Shown: piece by piece, positions 24,639 through 33,228 of the stretch
Numbering within the stretch: the first letter of the stretch is position 1
Layout: every line of letters begins with the position of its first letter
Assembly: GCA_964528955.1 (NCBI GenBank)
Contig: CAZGVH010000001.1
Span: forward strand, 3,606 to 40,341
Source of the DNA: an uncultured Dehalococcoidales bacterium
Lineage (GTDB): Bacteria > Chloroflexota > Dehalococcoidia > Dehalococcoidales > UBA5627
Length of the DNA stretch: 36,736 nt
Direction: 5' to 3'
Program-made: the position numbers and the translations under genes
The notes under the pieces: generated by a model
The model's database searches: none
Told to the model about the DNA's origin: nothing
The model's input: the letters and a program-made list of their open reading frames with translations, nothing else

Positions 24639-25679
24639 TTAATAAACCTCTTCTTTTAATTCTTTTGTATAATGCCTGAATTCAAATAACTTTCTGGATA
24701 ACTCATCGCAATAGTTACATTTATGACATTCTTTATTACAAGAAGTGACTTTTTCGAAAAAACCATACTTATCGAGGCTTTTATTATCCAGATAGACTCC
24801 GTATTGCGAATTGAATACGGCGAAGCTATCACACATTATATCCAGCAGACCGCCTTCCCAACTTTCCTGCATATATGCTTTTATACATCTCATAACCTTG
24901 TTCATCGGAGTGCTTCTTCCAACGATTTTGAAATAGCTAGTTATTTCTCCATATTTTTGGAGATCCTCCGGCCTGATCCAGCAAGACTTTAAAACCTGAG
25001 AAGGATCATGTGCACTTACAGCAACACAATTGTCAAAAAAGATACTCGGCTCATCTTTTACCTCTTTTGAGGCATGTGAAACATAATTAAAATGGAATCT
25101 TCTGAAAGGACACTTGTAGAGGCATCCCTCATTTACCATAGGTTTGATCTTCAGTCCGGTAATATCCTTTATTTCCTTAAGCAGCTTTAAATTCCTGTTA
25201 ATATTCATATCAGGAGTCACAACATCAGCTCCTGCTTTTTTAAAGAGGATAGCTCTCTGAACGCAATCTATCTCAGATAAAACAGAAGCGCAAATTTCCA
25301 GATCGGGAAAATTTTTCCTTATCAATTTCATTAATATGGGATTAACTAAAGTTACTGTTTCTACACCGTAGTCCCCATGCGCTTTTGCCAGGTATTCCAT
25401 GATTTTTTTTACAGTCTTCATGGAATACCAGTCGCTGCCTTCGCAGGTAGTATTCATTACCAGGTTTACGCGTAATCCATTGTGATGAATCTTTTTTACG
25501 GTCTCTATGAATCTATCCATTCCCTGCATAGCGGTAATTCTCCCCGATCCGGAATATTCCTGCGGGCCTGAAAGATATACCTCTCTGATTCTATTGTTAT
25601 TCAGGTTTTTGGATTTAAATATTTCATTCAATGTTGCGGGGTCATCATTATAAGGAATAGAAAATTCCAAATTGGCCAT
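24639..25679 (-). CDS. Peptidase-U32-family protein with a C-terminal CX3CX2CX2C motif, paralogue 2
   Basis: The track ORF starts at a TTG (25694). The ATG at 25679 follows GGGGGGAA and aligns with the paralogue start (MANLEFSIPYN vs MTNLEFSVPYN). Same U32 blocks, and C-terminal SCNKECHKCNYC. Confidence 0.65.
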   Translation of the reverse strand: MANLEFSIPYNDDPATLNEIFKSKNLNNNRIREVYLSGPQEYSGSGRITAMQGMDRFIETVKKIHHNGLRVNLVMNTTCEGSDWYSMKTVKKIMEYLAKAHGDYGVETVTLVNPILMKLIRKNFPDLEICASVLSEIDCVQRAILFKKAGADVVTPDMNINRNLKLLKEIKDITGLKIKPMVNEGCLYKCPFRRFHFNYVSHASKEVKDEPSIFFDNCVAVSAHDPSQVLKSCWIRPEDLQKYGEITSYFKIVGRSTPMNKVMRCIKAYMQESWEGGLLDIMCDSFAVFNSQYGVYLDNKSLDKYGFFEKVTSCNKECHKCNYCDELSRKLFEFRHYTKELKEEVY

Positions 25680-25758
25680 TTTATTTCCCCCCAATTTTTA
25701 TTTTAAACAAAGCCTTAGGGCTCAGTTGAACAAGCAATTTAATTTATGACTATTAACT

Positions 25759-27297
25759 CTATTTAGTATTCAAAGTATCCGGGTTGATTCGATAATTCAT
25801 CTCATCCTTTTGCAGATGATAGCGCATATTTTCCGATTCGGATTTACTACAAATTCCATATTTTTCCATAAGATCAATCGAATTTCCTATTGAATTGTTA
25901 ATCGACTTTATAATCATGTTCCTGTTAAGACAGGCTGTTTCATAGGATATCCATTGGTACCATGAGTTAAAAGACATACCACTGACATAATCTTCCAGAT
26001 TCTTGAATCTTAATCGATAGCCGTACTTGTCCGGATAGTCGAAGGCCTGAGAGCCGGGGTCGAGCAGAATCATAGGCCCGAACGAATACATTGCCGGCGC
26101 TCTCCCCGGAGTTTTACTGTTTAATTTACAGATTTCCTCCCATACCTCCCAGTTCTTTTTTATAGTATCAGGTGTATCTTTTGCCAGAGCTATCATCGAG
26201 AAAACAGCGATGGCAATATTGTATTTCTTGCAGAGCCTGATCGTATCAAAAAGCTCCACGTTTGAATACTTCCTGCCGTGTGCCCCTCTTACGCTTTCCA
26301 CACAAGACTCCGGAGAAATAGTCAGCACCAAAGGCACTCGAATTTTTGACAATTCCCTTATATATTCCTCATCTGCCGGTCCCCATATTTCCATAGTCAG
26401 TTGGGTTAAATTTATCCTGGTATTCTGAAGAGTCTGCATAAGTTTAATCCAGTATTCCCTGCCACCCATGCGCGGATCCTGGAAAAGAAAAATCTGCTTA
26501 ATTCCCTGGTCACTGAGTTTTTTTATGTCCTGAGCTATCTTATCGGGACTTCTGAAAGCCGGACAGATTCTTCCAAAGTACCTCTTATAGCTATATCTGG
26601 AACCACCGCAGGTAACACAGTTGTGAGTACAACCGCGGCAAACCGGTATTGACCAGTGGGAGGGCGAATTTTTCGGAAATAATGCATGTTTGGGCTCTAT
26701 AAGGTCAAGCCGGGTAAATTCGTATTCATCGATACTGGTATTGGGAAGCAATAAGTCATTTATTATTATCTCTCCATTGCTGTCCCTGAAGGTAAGGCTG
26801 GGAACATTTTCGAGTCCGTCATTCTTTTCTAAGGCTTTCATCAGTTCCAGAAACGGTTTCTCTGCTTCTCCACGTATAACTGCATCTATAAAATCATATT
26901 TCCGAATAATCTCTTCAGCGAAAATACTGGAGGTTAGCCCTCCGAGAATAACCATGGAATGCGGATGCAGTTTTTTTAGCAGCTTTGCAACCTCTATGGC
27001 TCCCTGGGAATGTACACACCAGTGCAGTTCAACAGCAAATACCCGCGATTCAAGTGCTCTTAGATAACTCTCAACGTCAAATCCGTTATCTGCCATCATC
27101 CTGTCCCCAAGATTATCGACAATTACTTTATAGCCGTTTCGGTCAAGGTAATCTGCAATACTGAGCATACCGATTGATGGGATAATAAACTGGCGTGTAC
27201 TCTCCTGCACAGTTAAAGCTATTGGCCCTTCATTTATGACTTTTTTACGGAAGTCATAGATTGACGGCGGATGTATTAAAACGGCGTCATAATTCAC
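25759..27297 (-). CDS. B12-binding-domain-type radical SAM protein, subfamily unknown
   Basis: 512 aa. GTG start 8 nt after AAGGA. N-terminal AVLIHPPSIYDFRKKV...IIPSIGMLSIADYLDRNGYKVIVDNL. Cluster loop CRGCTHNCVTCGGS. Confidence 0.75.
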   Translation of the reverse strand: MNYDAVLIHPPSIYDFRKKVINEGPIALTVQESTRQFIIPSIGMLSIADYLDRNGYKVIVDNLGDRMMADNGFDVESYLRALESRVFAVELHWCVHSQGAIEVAKLLKKLHPHSMVILGGLTSSIFAEEIIRKYDFIDAVIRGEAEKPFLELMKALEKNDGLENVPSLTFRDSNGEIIINDLLLPNTSIDEYEFTRLDLIEPKHALFPKNSPSHWSIPVCRGCTHNCVTCGGSRYSYKRYFGRICPAFRSPDKIAQDIKKLSDQGIKQIFLFQDPRMGGREYWIKLMQTLQNTRINLTQLTMEIWGPADEEYIRELSKIRVPLVLTISPESCVESVRGAHGRKYSNVELFDTIRLCKKYNIAIAVFSMIALAKDTPDTIKKNWEVWEEICKLNSKTPGRAPAMYSFGPMILLDPGSQAFDYPDKYGYRLRFKNLEDYVSGMSFNSWYQWISYETACLNRNMIIKSINNSIGNSIDLMEKYGICSKSESENMRYHLQKDEMNYRINPDTLNTK

Positions 27298-27332
27298 ATC
27301 GATTATCCTTTTGATATGACCTTAAACACGAA

Positions 27333-27372
27333 TAGTAAAGTGGATTAATGAAACATAAAACCCACTTTACTA
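27333..27372 (-). terminator. Hairpin after the copy B anchor gene (terminator-like)
   Basis: TAGTAAAGTGG (27333..27343) pairs with CCACTTTACTA (27362..27372), with an 18-nt loop. Same position as the 8263..8304 hairpin in copy A. No strong U-tract. Confidence 0.4.
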
Positions 27373-27409
27373 AAACATGTTCTTGTCCACAATTAACAAA
27401 AATCGTTTA

Positions 27410-27973
27410 TTAATTTTTACCGATGATTCTGTTGCGGAATATACCCAGTAAAAATACTATTGCACCTGAAGCAACAGCAAGCCAGTAACCTATAAGCAAA
27501 TACCCATAGGCATTAGCTACCATTTCTCCACCCAGGTCAATAAGTGTAGTACCTAACAGTTTCATATAGTAAAAGTCTCCGGTCCTTATGGCCGCAACAA
27601 TTACTGCCAACGCAGCAACAACTAAATATGAAAATCCGACAAATGTTATAAGAAAACTGGGCAAGGTTGTTTTTATCTTCCAAAGCTTTATTTCTTTATT
27701 TTTAAGGAATAAGCTGATGACTAATGCGGCGACCGCTAATATCAGATATGTCCACATTAACGGTGCAAAAAAAGCAGGCATATCAGCATTTTTTACAAAT
27801 GCTAGTACTTCCTCTGGCATGTTTAATTCAAGAGTCCAGGGACGTATAACAGCTGCGTTCTCGCCGATAGTCTCAATAGTCGCACTCCACCATGGTTGGA
27901 ACCATGAAAATAAAAGTAAACCAACACCGGCTGATAAAAGAAGCCTGAATATCCAAATCCTTGCATTTCCCAT
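27410..27973 (-). CDS. Putative membrane subunit of molybdoenzyme B (novel, His-free)
   Basis: 187 aa, about 5 TM. N-terminus ARIWIFRLLLSAGVGLLLFSWFQPWW is homologous to 8324..8902. No His residue. Confidence 0.6.
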   Translation of the reverse strand: MGNARIWIFRLLLSAGVGLLLFSWFQPWWSATIETIGENAAVIRPWTLELNMPEEVLAFVKNADMPAFFAPLMWTYLILAVAALVISLFLKNKEIKLWKIKTTLPSFLITFVGFSYLVVAALAVIVAAIRTGDFYYMKLLGTTLIDLGGEMVANAYGYLLIGYWLAVASGAIVFLLGIFRNRIIGKN

Positions 27974-28004
27974 AATTAAATACCTCTTTAATTTAATTTG
28001 TATC

Positions 28005-28040
28005 GGGGTGAGGGTGGATAACCAGTTTAACCCTCACCCC
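28005..28040 (-). other. Intra-operon hairpin between the Fe-S subunit and anchor genes (copy B)
   Basis: GGGGTGAGGGT (28005..28015) pairs with ACCCTCACCCC (28030..28040), with a 14-nt loop. Confidence 0.5.
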
Positions 28041-28073
28041 ATACCATATTGCTCTCTTATTTAATTAAGATAG

Positions 28074-28886
28074 CTAAGCCAGTGCGATATCTCCCAGATT
28101 GACGTCTTTTTCAGTATTGATATCGCTGATTGTTTTACTCTTGCCGGCAGCATCAATCTTTACACTGTAGCTGCCTACTGCTATGCCTTCGAACCAGAAA
28201 TCACCGAAGTCGTCGGTTGTGGCTGTCGCAGACCCGTCTCCTGAAAGGGTAACGGTACCACCGATAATAACTTCCTTCGTAGCCGGGTCGTATACTGTAC
28301 CGGCAATAAATCTCTTGGGCATATTCAGATAATACATCCTCGGTTTAGTATTGTATTCAGGATGCAAAACCTCTCCGGCAGCAATCTTGCTGCTGAAATC
28401 TGCCTCTTCGCCAAATTGGAGGGCATAATGATAACATGCATCAACACATCTGGGCTCTTTAATAGGCCAGCCTCTATCCAGAAGATGAGCACAGCCGGTA
28501 CATTTTTGAGCAATGTTCAAGTTATCATTAAAGTAGATATTGCTATAGGGGCAGTTATCTATACATAACTTACAACCCGTGCACAGTTTGGGATCTATCC
28601 ATACTATTCCGTCATTACGACGAACTATTGCATCTACCGGGCAATTCTCCAAACAGGGTGCATCTTCACAGTTATTACACTTAACAGGATAGCAATATAC
28701 TTTTACCTTGGGTGAGTTACCGACAGTACCGCGAACATTTTCATTCACCTTGATCCAGAACTGCCCTATCTCAGGCTGTGGCTTGGCATATGGCGTCCAG
28801 TCATTTCCGCAATGCTCATCCTTGCAGGCAATCTGGCACATACGGCATCCAATACATAATCCAACATCATGAACAAAAACTTTCAC
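28074..28886 (-). CDS. Four-cluster Fe-S subunit (BthL-like), copy B
   Basis: 270 aa. All four Cys groups are intact (CIGCRMCQIAC, CNNCEDAPCLENC, CTGCKLCIDNC, CTGC...CVDAC). Same C-terminal beta-sandwich-like domain. The GTG start overlaps the alpha stop (TAGTG). Confidence 0.85.
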   Translation of the reverse strand: MKVFVHDVGLCIGCRMCQIACKDEHCGNDWTPYAKPQPEIGQFWIKVNENVRGTVGNSPKVKVYCYPVKCNNCEDAPCLENCPVDAIVRRNDGIVWIDPKLCTGCKLCIDNCPYSNIYFNDNLNIAQKCTGCAHLLDRGWPIKEPRCVDACYHYALQFGEEADFSSKIAAGEVLHPEYNTKPRMYYLNMPKRFIAGTVYDPATKEVIIGGTVTLSGDGSATATTDDFGDFWFEGIAVGSYSVKIDAAGKSKTISDINTEKDVNLGDIALA

Positions 28887-31813
28887 TATTCTCCTCCTTC
28901 CTCTAACCAGGCTTCGAGTCTTCTACCTGCAGCCGGGTCGTATGCCCTCTTAAAGGCATCAGGGTAATCTCTCCTCCACTCGTCCATCATCTCGCCAGTG
29001 ACTTTTTCAATCTCTACAAGGTAACCGGTAACATATAATCCCATAGCGTTAGGAGAAATGCCGTTGGGACAGATAGTGTTGTTCTCACCGCCCCTGTCAA
29101 GTACACCTGGAATGATGTAATCTGTCTGGGCGCCGTGTTCCATTGCAACTACACCTTGCATAGTTCTCTCCCAGACTTTAGCCGCACCGAGTATAGCACC
29201 ACGGTCATTGAATATCTTAATAATGTCGCCGTCCTTGATACCTCTTGCCTCGGCATCAGCCGGGTTCATCTGTACTGGCTCATACCAGTATCCATCCCAG
29301 CCTTCTATCTTGGACAATTCTCTGAGCCAGGGGATATCGTCATGCTGAGAGTGATAGCGCCATTTCGGAGTGTTGGAAATCATCTGCAGAGGATAAGTCT
29401 GAGCTTTCTTGCCGGTACGGTATTCATCATAGAAATACCCTTCACCACCGGGAATCCAATGTGCCAGCGGAGGCCTGTCTTTATCATCGGGGAAGTTTTC
29501 AGCTAATCCGGTACTCCAGAACTCAAGAAGACCGGTTGGCGTTGCCAGAGGATTCTTTACCGGGTCATCATAGAATTTCTGGGAAGCCGGTGTCCTCTTA
29601 GCTGCATCTGGATGTAATCCTATTATATAATAGCCCCTTTCGTTCAATTCTTCCCAGGTTACTACATCGGTCATACCGCTTGTATCGTAAGCTTCTTTAA
29701 CCCACTCGTCAATAGTTTTTCCGCCGGTCCATTTATCGTAAAAGTCCAGTTTTTTAGCCAGTTCACCGACTATTTCATAATCGGACATGGATTCTCCGAT
29801 ACTCTTAATAGCCGGCTTTTCCAGACACCATACACCGTAATCCTCACTTGAAGTATTCATGTCGTATTCTTCAAGTTTAGTATTAACCGGCAAGACGATG
29901 TCGGAATAAAAGCAGGTGTCCTGCCACCACTGGTGTTGAGTTACCACGCATTCTAGAATATCCTCTTGATGAGCCCTGAATCTGTTGTTGCCATCATCAG
30001 TACTCTCAGTGTTGCTGGCGCCTTCCCACCACATGAATCTCACAGGAGACTTGTCCTGCCATGGGTATTCGAACTGCTGGAACTGGCGAGTCCTGTTGCC
30101 ACGGGTACCGCCGCCATACCAGGTTACCTTGGGATCACCCTCTCTCCAGGCAAAGCACCTTGAGATATCGGGGGAATGCATTAACGGTCTTTCTTCCACC
30201 TTAGGTATTGATAATCCTTCGGCCTTCATCAGCTCCGGGAAACGTCCTGACATGACTCCTTCTTTAGCCATCGGGCTTACCTTGTCATAAGAAGGGGACT
30301 TGGCAAAACTAGGTGTTCTAAGCGGGTTGGTGCACTGGTGTACACCAGGTTTACCCCATCCCTGCATACCCAGCAGATACCATTCCATTCTCATGGCTTC
30401 AGTTGAATATCCGCCGCGGCAGAGGCCGCCGCCGTGAGTCTGGGCAAATGATGCTCTACTATGTTTACCCCAGTATCTTGCCAGGGCTTTAATGGTCCAC
30501 TCAGGGGTTCCGCAAATTGAGGCAGCCCATGCGGGGGTTTTAGGAATACCATCCTCATCACCCATAACATAAGCCTGCCATTTATCAAAACCATGTACAT
30601 GTGTGGCTACATACTCTTTATCATAGGTATCTTCGGTAATCCAGATATAAGCTATTGCCAGCATCATACATGGATCGGAGTTCGGATAAATAGTTATCCA
30701 TTTATCTGCCCAGTAACCGGTGCCTGTATTACAATCAGGGCTGATAAATATACATGGAATACCAAGCTTTTTAACCCAGTAAGTACTGTAACCTCTTCTC
30801 ATTCCATCATTTTTACACCAGGCTTTGGTTACATTATCGCATCCCCAGTAAAGCATAAGCTCGCAGTTGGCAGAGATGTCTCCCCAAAAATTAGCATCCG
30901 ACTCTTCACCGAACATTTCAATTGCATTAACATGCTTGGCACCCCAGGCTGTTCCTTCCCAGCTATATGGGCTACGCATGGCTTCTGTATAATGTTGGCC
31001 GTATGTAGCTTGTGACCAGTAATGCAGGAATGCGCTGGTAGTATAATGATAGCCATGAATAGTCTTCAATTCACCATGAGCCGGGCAGAATGTACAAAGA
31101 GCTGCCGGACCGTATTTATCAGCAATTCTCTTCATTTCACCGGATACTATTGTTGTAGCTTCCTCCCATGAAATCCTCTTATACTTGCTGATACCGCGAT
31201 TTTGGGCATTTCTTTTTGCCGGATCACCACCGGGTTCCCAGTCAACTCTCTTTAACGGATATAATATCCTGCGGGGTGAGTAGGTACGTCTCTTATATCC
31301 GGCACCCAGCGGCGCCAAACATGATTTTTTGTGTGAGGTCCATGTCTGTCCGCGGGCTTCCCATGTCCATGGCTGGAAATTGGGGTCCTCATCAAAATGA
31401 ATTGGCCTGACTCTGACTATTTTGCCGTTTTTAACATCTACACATGCAGGCGACTCTAGGGCTTTAATAACTGTCTCTTCCGGCTCTAATGCCGGTTCGA
31501 TTGAACCACCGCCGCCACCTGTCGTTACTGTTTTGGTCTCGGTAACTGTAACCGCACCAGTTCCACCTACTGTTTTAGTCTCGGTTACCGTAGCACCTGA
31601 ACCGCCAACAGTTGTTGTAACTGTTTTTTCAACTGTTTTTGTAGTTTCAACGGTTTTAGTGGTTTCTCCTCCGCCGCAACCGGATAATAGTCCAGCCCCA
31701 ATAGCACCACCGACAACTACCGTTCCGGCACCTACAAGAAAATCTCTTCTTGAGACTTCACCGGATTGTTTCTTTTCTTCTCTCACTGATGTTTTTTCTT
31801 CTTCGTTTTTCAA
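28886..31813 (-). CDS. TAT-exported lipoprotein molybdopterin catalytic subunit, transhydroxylase (AthL)-like, copy B
   Basis: 975 aa. SRRDFLVG twin-arginine motif. Lipobox LLSGC (Cys46, codon 31678..31676). About 65-aa T/V/G/E/K linker. No FS0 Cys motif. YSWEGTAWG matches the segment I recall as carrying the Mo-ligand Ser175 in P. acidigallici AthL (DSWEGWHWG). TTG start after GGAG. Confidence 0.8.
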   Translation of the reverse strand: MKNEEEKTSVREEKKQSGEVSRRDFLVGAGTVVVGGAIGAGLLSGCGGGETTKTVETTKTVEKTVTTTVGGSGATVTETKTVGGTGAVTVTETKTVTTGGGGGSIEPALEPEETVIKALESPACVDVKNGKIVRVRPIHFDEDPNFQPWTWEARGQTWTSHKKSCLAPLGAGYKRRTYSPRRILYPLKRVDWEPGGDPAKRNAQNRGISKYKRISWEEATTIVSGEMKRIADKYGPAALCTFCPAHGELKTIHGYHYTTSAFLHYWSQATYGQHYTEAMRSPYSWEGTAWGAKHVNAIEMFGEESDANFWGDISANCELMLYWGCDNVTKAWCKNDGMRRGYSTYWVKKLGIPCIFISPDCNTGTGYWADKWITIYPNSDPCMMLAIAYIWITEDTYDKEYVATHVHGFDKWQAYVMGDEDGIPKTPAWAASICGTPEWTIKALARYWGKHSRASFAQTHGGGLCRGGYSTEAMRMEWYLLGMQGWGKPGVHQCTNPLRTPSFAKSPSYDKVSPMAKEGVMSGRFPELMKAEGLSIPKVEERPLMHSPDISRCFAWREGDPKVTWYGGGTRGNRTRQFQQFEYPWQDKSPVRFMWWEGASNTESTDDGNNRFRAHQEDILECVVTQHQWWQDTCFYSDIVLPVNTKLEEYDMNTSSEDYGVWCLEKPAIKSIGESMSDYEIVGELAKKLDFYDKWTGGKTIDEWVKEAYDTSGMTDVVTWEELNERGYYIIGLHPDAAKRTPASQKFYDDPVKNPLATPTGLLEFWSTGLAENFPDDKDRPPLAHWIPGGEGYFYDEYRTGKKAQTYPLQMISNTPKWRYHSQHDDIPWLRELSKIEGWDGYWYEPVQMNPADAEARGIKDGDIIKIFNDRGAILGAAKVWERTMQGVVAMEHGAQTDYIIPGVLDRGGENNTICPNGISPNAMGLYVTGYLVEIEKVTGEMMDEWRRDYPDAFKRAYDPAAGRRLEAWLEEGGE

Positions 31814-31890
31814 TTATTTCTCCTTTCATAGATTCTCGTTAAGATGCAATAAAATTCTGTATAGACATCACCCCCTTTTTAAATAAACTA

Positions 31891-32277
31891 TTAATTAGCT
31901 TTTGAATCCCAGGTTCTTCTTCTTACTATCGCATTCAATTTGGCTGCAAATATATTTGCATTGAATGGAACAGTGAAATAATCGTTAGCTCCATTGTCGA
32001 AGGCTTTAATCAACATGTTTATATCTTCATCTTCTGAAACGAGGATAATTGGCAAATCGGAATCGTCTCGTATATTCATAAGCAAGTCCAATCCACACAT
32101 ATCTGACAGATTAAATCCTAATATTAATGCGTCCGGACAATTACCGTTTTTTAATACTTTCAGGCACTGCTTTCCGGAGCCGATTACAGATAACTGACAG
32201 TCAGGGAGATATTGATTTATAGCTATTCGTATATTATCCGCAACTTCTATGTTTTTCTCTGCAATAACAATATTCAT
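31891..32277 (-). CDS. Stand-alone receiver-fold protein lacking the phospho-acceptor Asp (pseudo-receiver), copy B
   Basis: 128 aa. The beta3 end reads ALILG-FNLSDMCGLDLL, so Gly54 (codon 32118..32116) occupies the Asp position. The acidic pocket is degenerate (IAEKN). The conserved Lys is replaced (DYFTVPF). Confidence 0.75.
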   Translation of the reverse strand: MNIVIAEKNIEVADNIRIAINQYLPDCQLSVIGSGKQCLKVLKNGNCPDALILGFNLSDMCGLDLLMNIRDDSDLPIILVSEDEDINMLIKAFDNGANDYFTVPFNANIFAAKLNAIVRRRTWDSKAN

Positions 32278-32319
32278 TTACTTATTAAATTAAAATCAGT
32301 GATTTCCTTATATAGTATG

Positions 32320-32353
32320 GTAAAGTATCGGAATTAAAATAGACGTTAAAAAA
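32320..32353 (-). promoter_or_regulatory. Conserved intergenic element upstream of the receiver/molybdoenzyme operon (copy B)
   Basis: Counterpart of 14195..14226 (see that feature). It lies 43-76 nt upstream of the receiver ATG. Confidence 0.4.
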
Positions 32354-32519
32354 AAAGTGGATTGTTAAAATTTATTAATAAATGAATGAAAAATTAGAAA
32401 TGCGTTAATAAATACGTAAATATGATAGCGAATATCAATAATTCTCTAAAGAGGTAGTAATTTTTCTGGTTAAAATGGCTAAAATATGTAATTACAAAAA
32501 CATTATAAGACGGGGCCAA

Positions 32520-33200
32520 TTAATCGGATTTTAATATGTATCCGACACCTGCCTTTGTGTGAATAAAAACAGGGTTCCGCGGATCCTTTTCAATTTTATT
32601 GCGTAAGCGGTGAATATATACCCTAATCGATTCGCAGGTACTGGGATCGTTATAATCCCAAACTGCTTCAGCCAGGTTGGAGATTGGAATTACCTTCTCT
32701 ACATTTCTTAAGAGCTGGTACATTATAATACCTTCAGTTTGTGTAAGGTTAATTTTCTTTTTATCCACGAAAAGTACTTTTAAATCAGGTTTTAGCATTA
32801 GAGATTTATATTGGATCGCATTTCCACCACCGGGAATGTGTTGCCTTCTTAATATAGCATTCATTCTCGATATAAGCTCAAGTTGTCTGAAAGGTTTGAT
32901 GATATAATCATCCGCACCGGATTCTAATCCCATGATAATGTCACTTTCTTTGTCACGGGCAGTTAAAATTATTACCGATACCATAGAGAACAGTCTGATT
33001 TTTTTAAGTACGTCAAAGCCATCCATATCAGGCAATCCAATATCCAGTATGACAATATCCGGATTTTCATCAGCTATGATTGACAAGCCTTTTTCACCTT
33101 TATCGGTAGATAAAATAACAGCATCAGGCCAACGTATCCGGAGAGCAAGCGAAACAATGGATACGATATCAGCATTATCTTCAATAACAACTATTTTCAT
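32520..33200 (-). CDS. OmpR/PhoB-family response regulator, copy B
   Basis: 226 aa. IVVIEDN, VILDIGLPDMDG, ILTA, IKPF. Winged-helix C-terminus (VYIHRLRNKIE...GVGYIL). Confidence 0.9.
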   Translation of the reverse strand: MKIVVIEDNADIVSIVSLALRIRWPDAVILSTDKGEKGLSIIADENPDIVILDIGLPDMDGFDVLKKIRLFSMVSVIILTARDKESDIIMGLESGADDYIIKPFRQLELISRMNAILRRQHIPGGGNAIQYKSLMLKPDLKVLFVDKKKINLTQTEGIIMYQLLRNVEKVIPISNLAEAVWDYNDPSTCESIRVYIHRLRNKIEKDPRNPVFIHTKAGVGYILKSD

Positions 33201-33228
33201 ATGATTATTTTGATTTATTATAAATATT

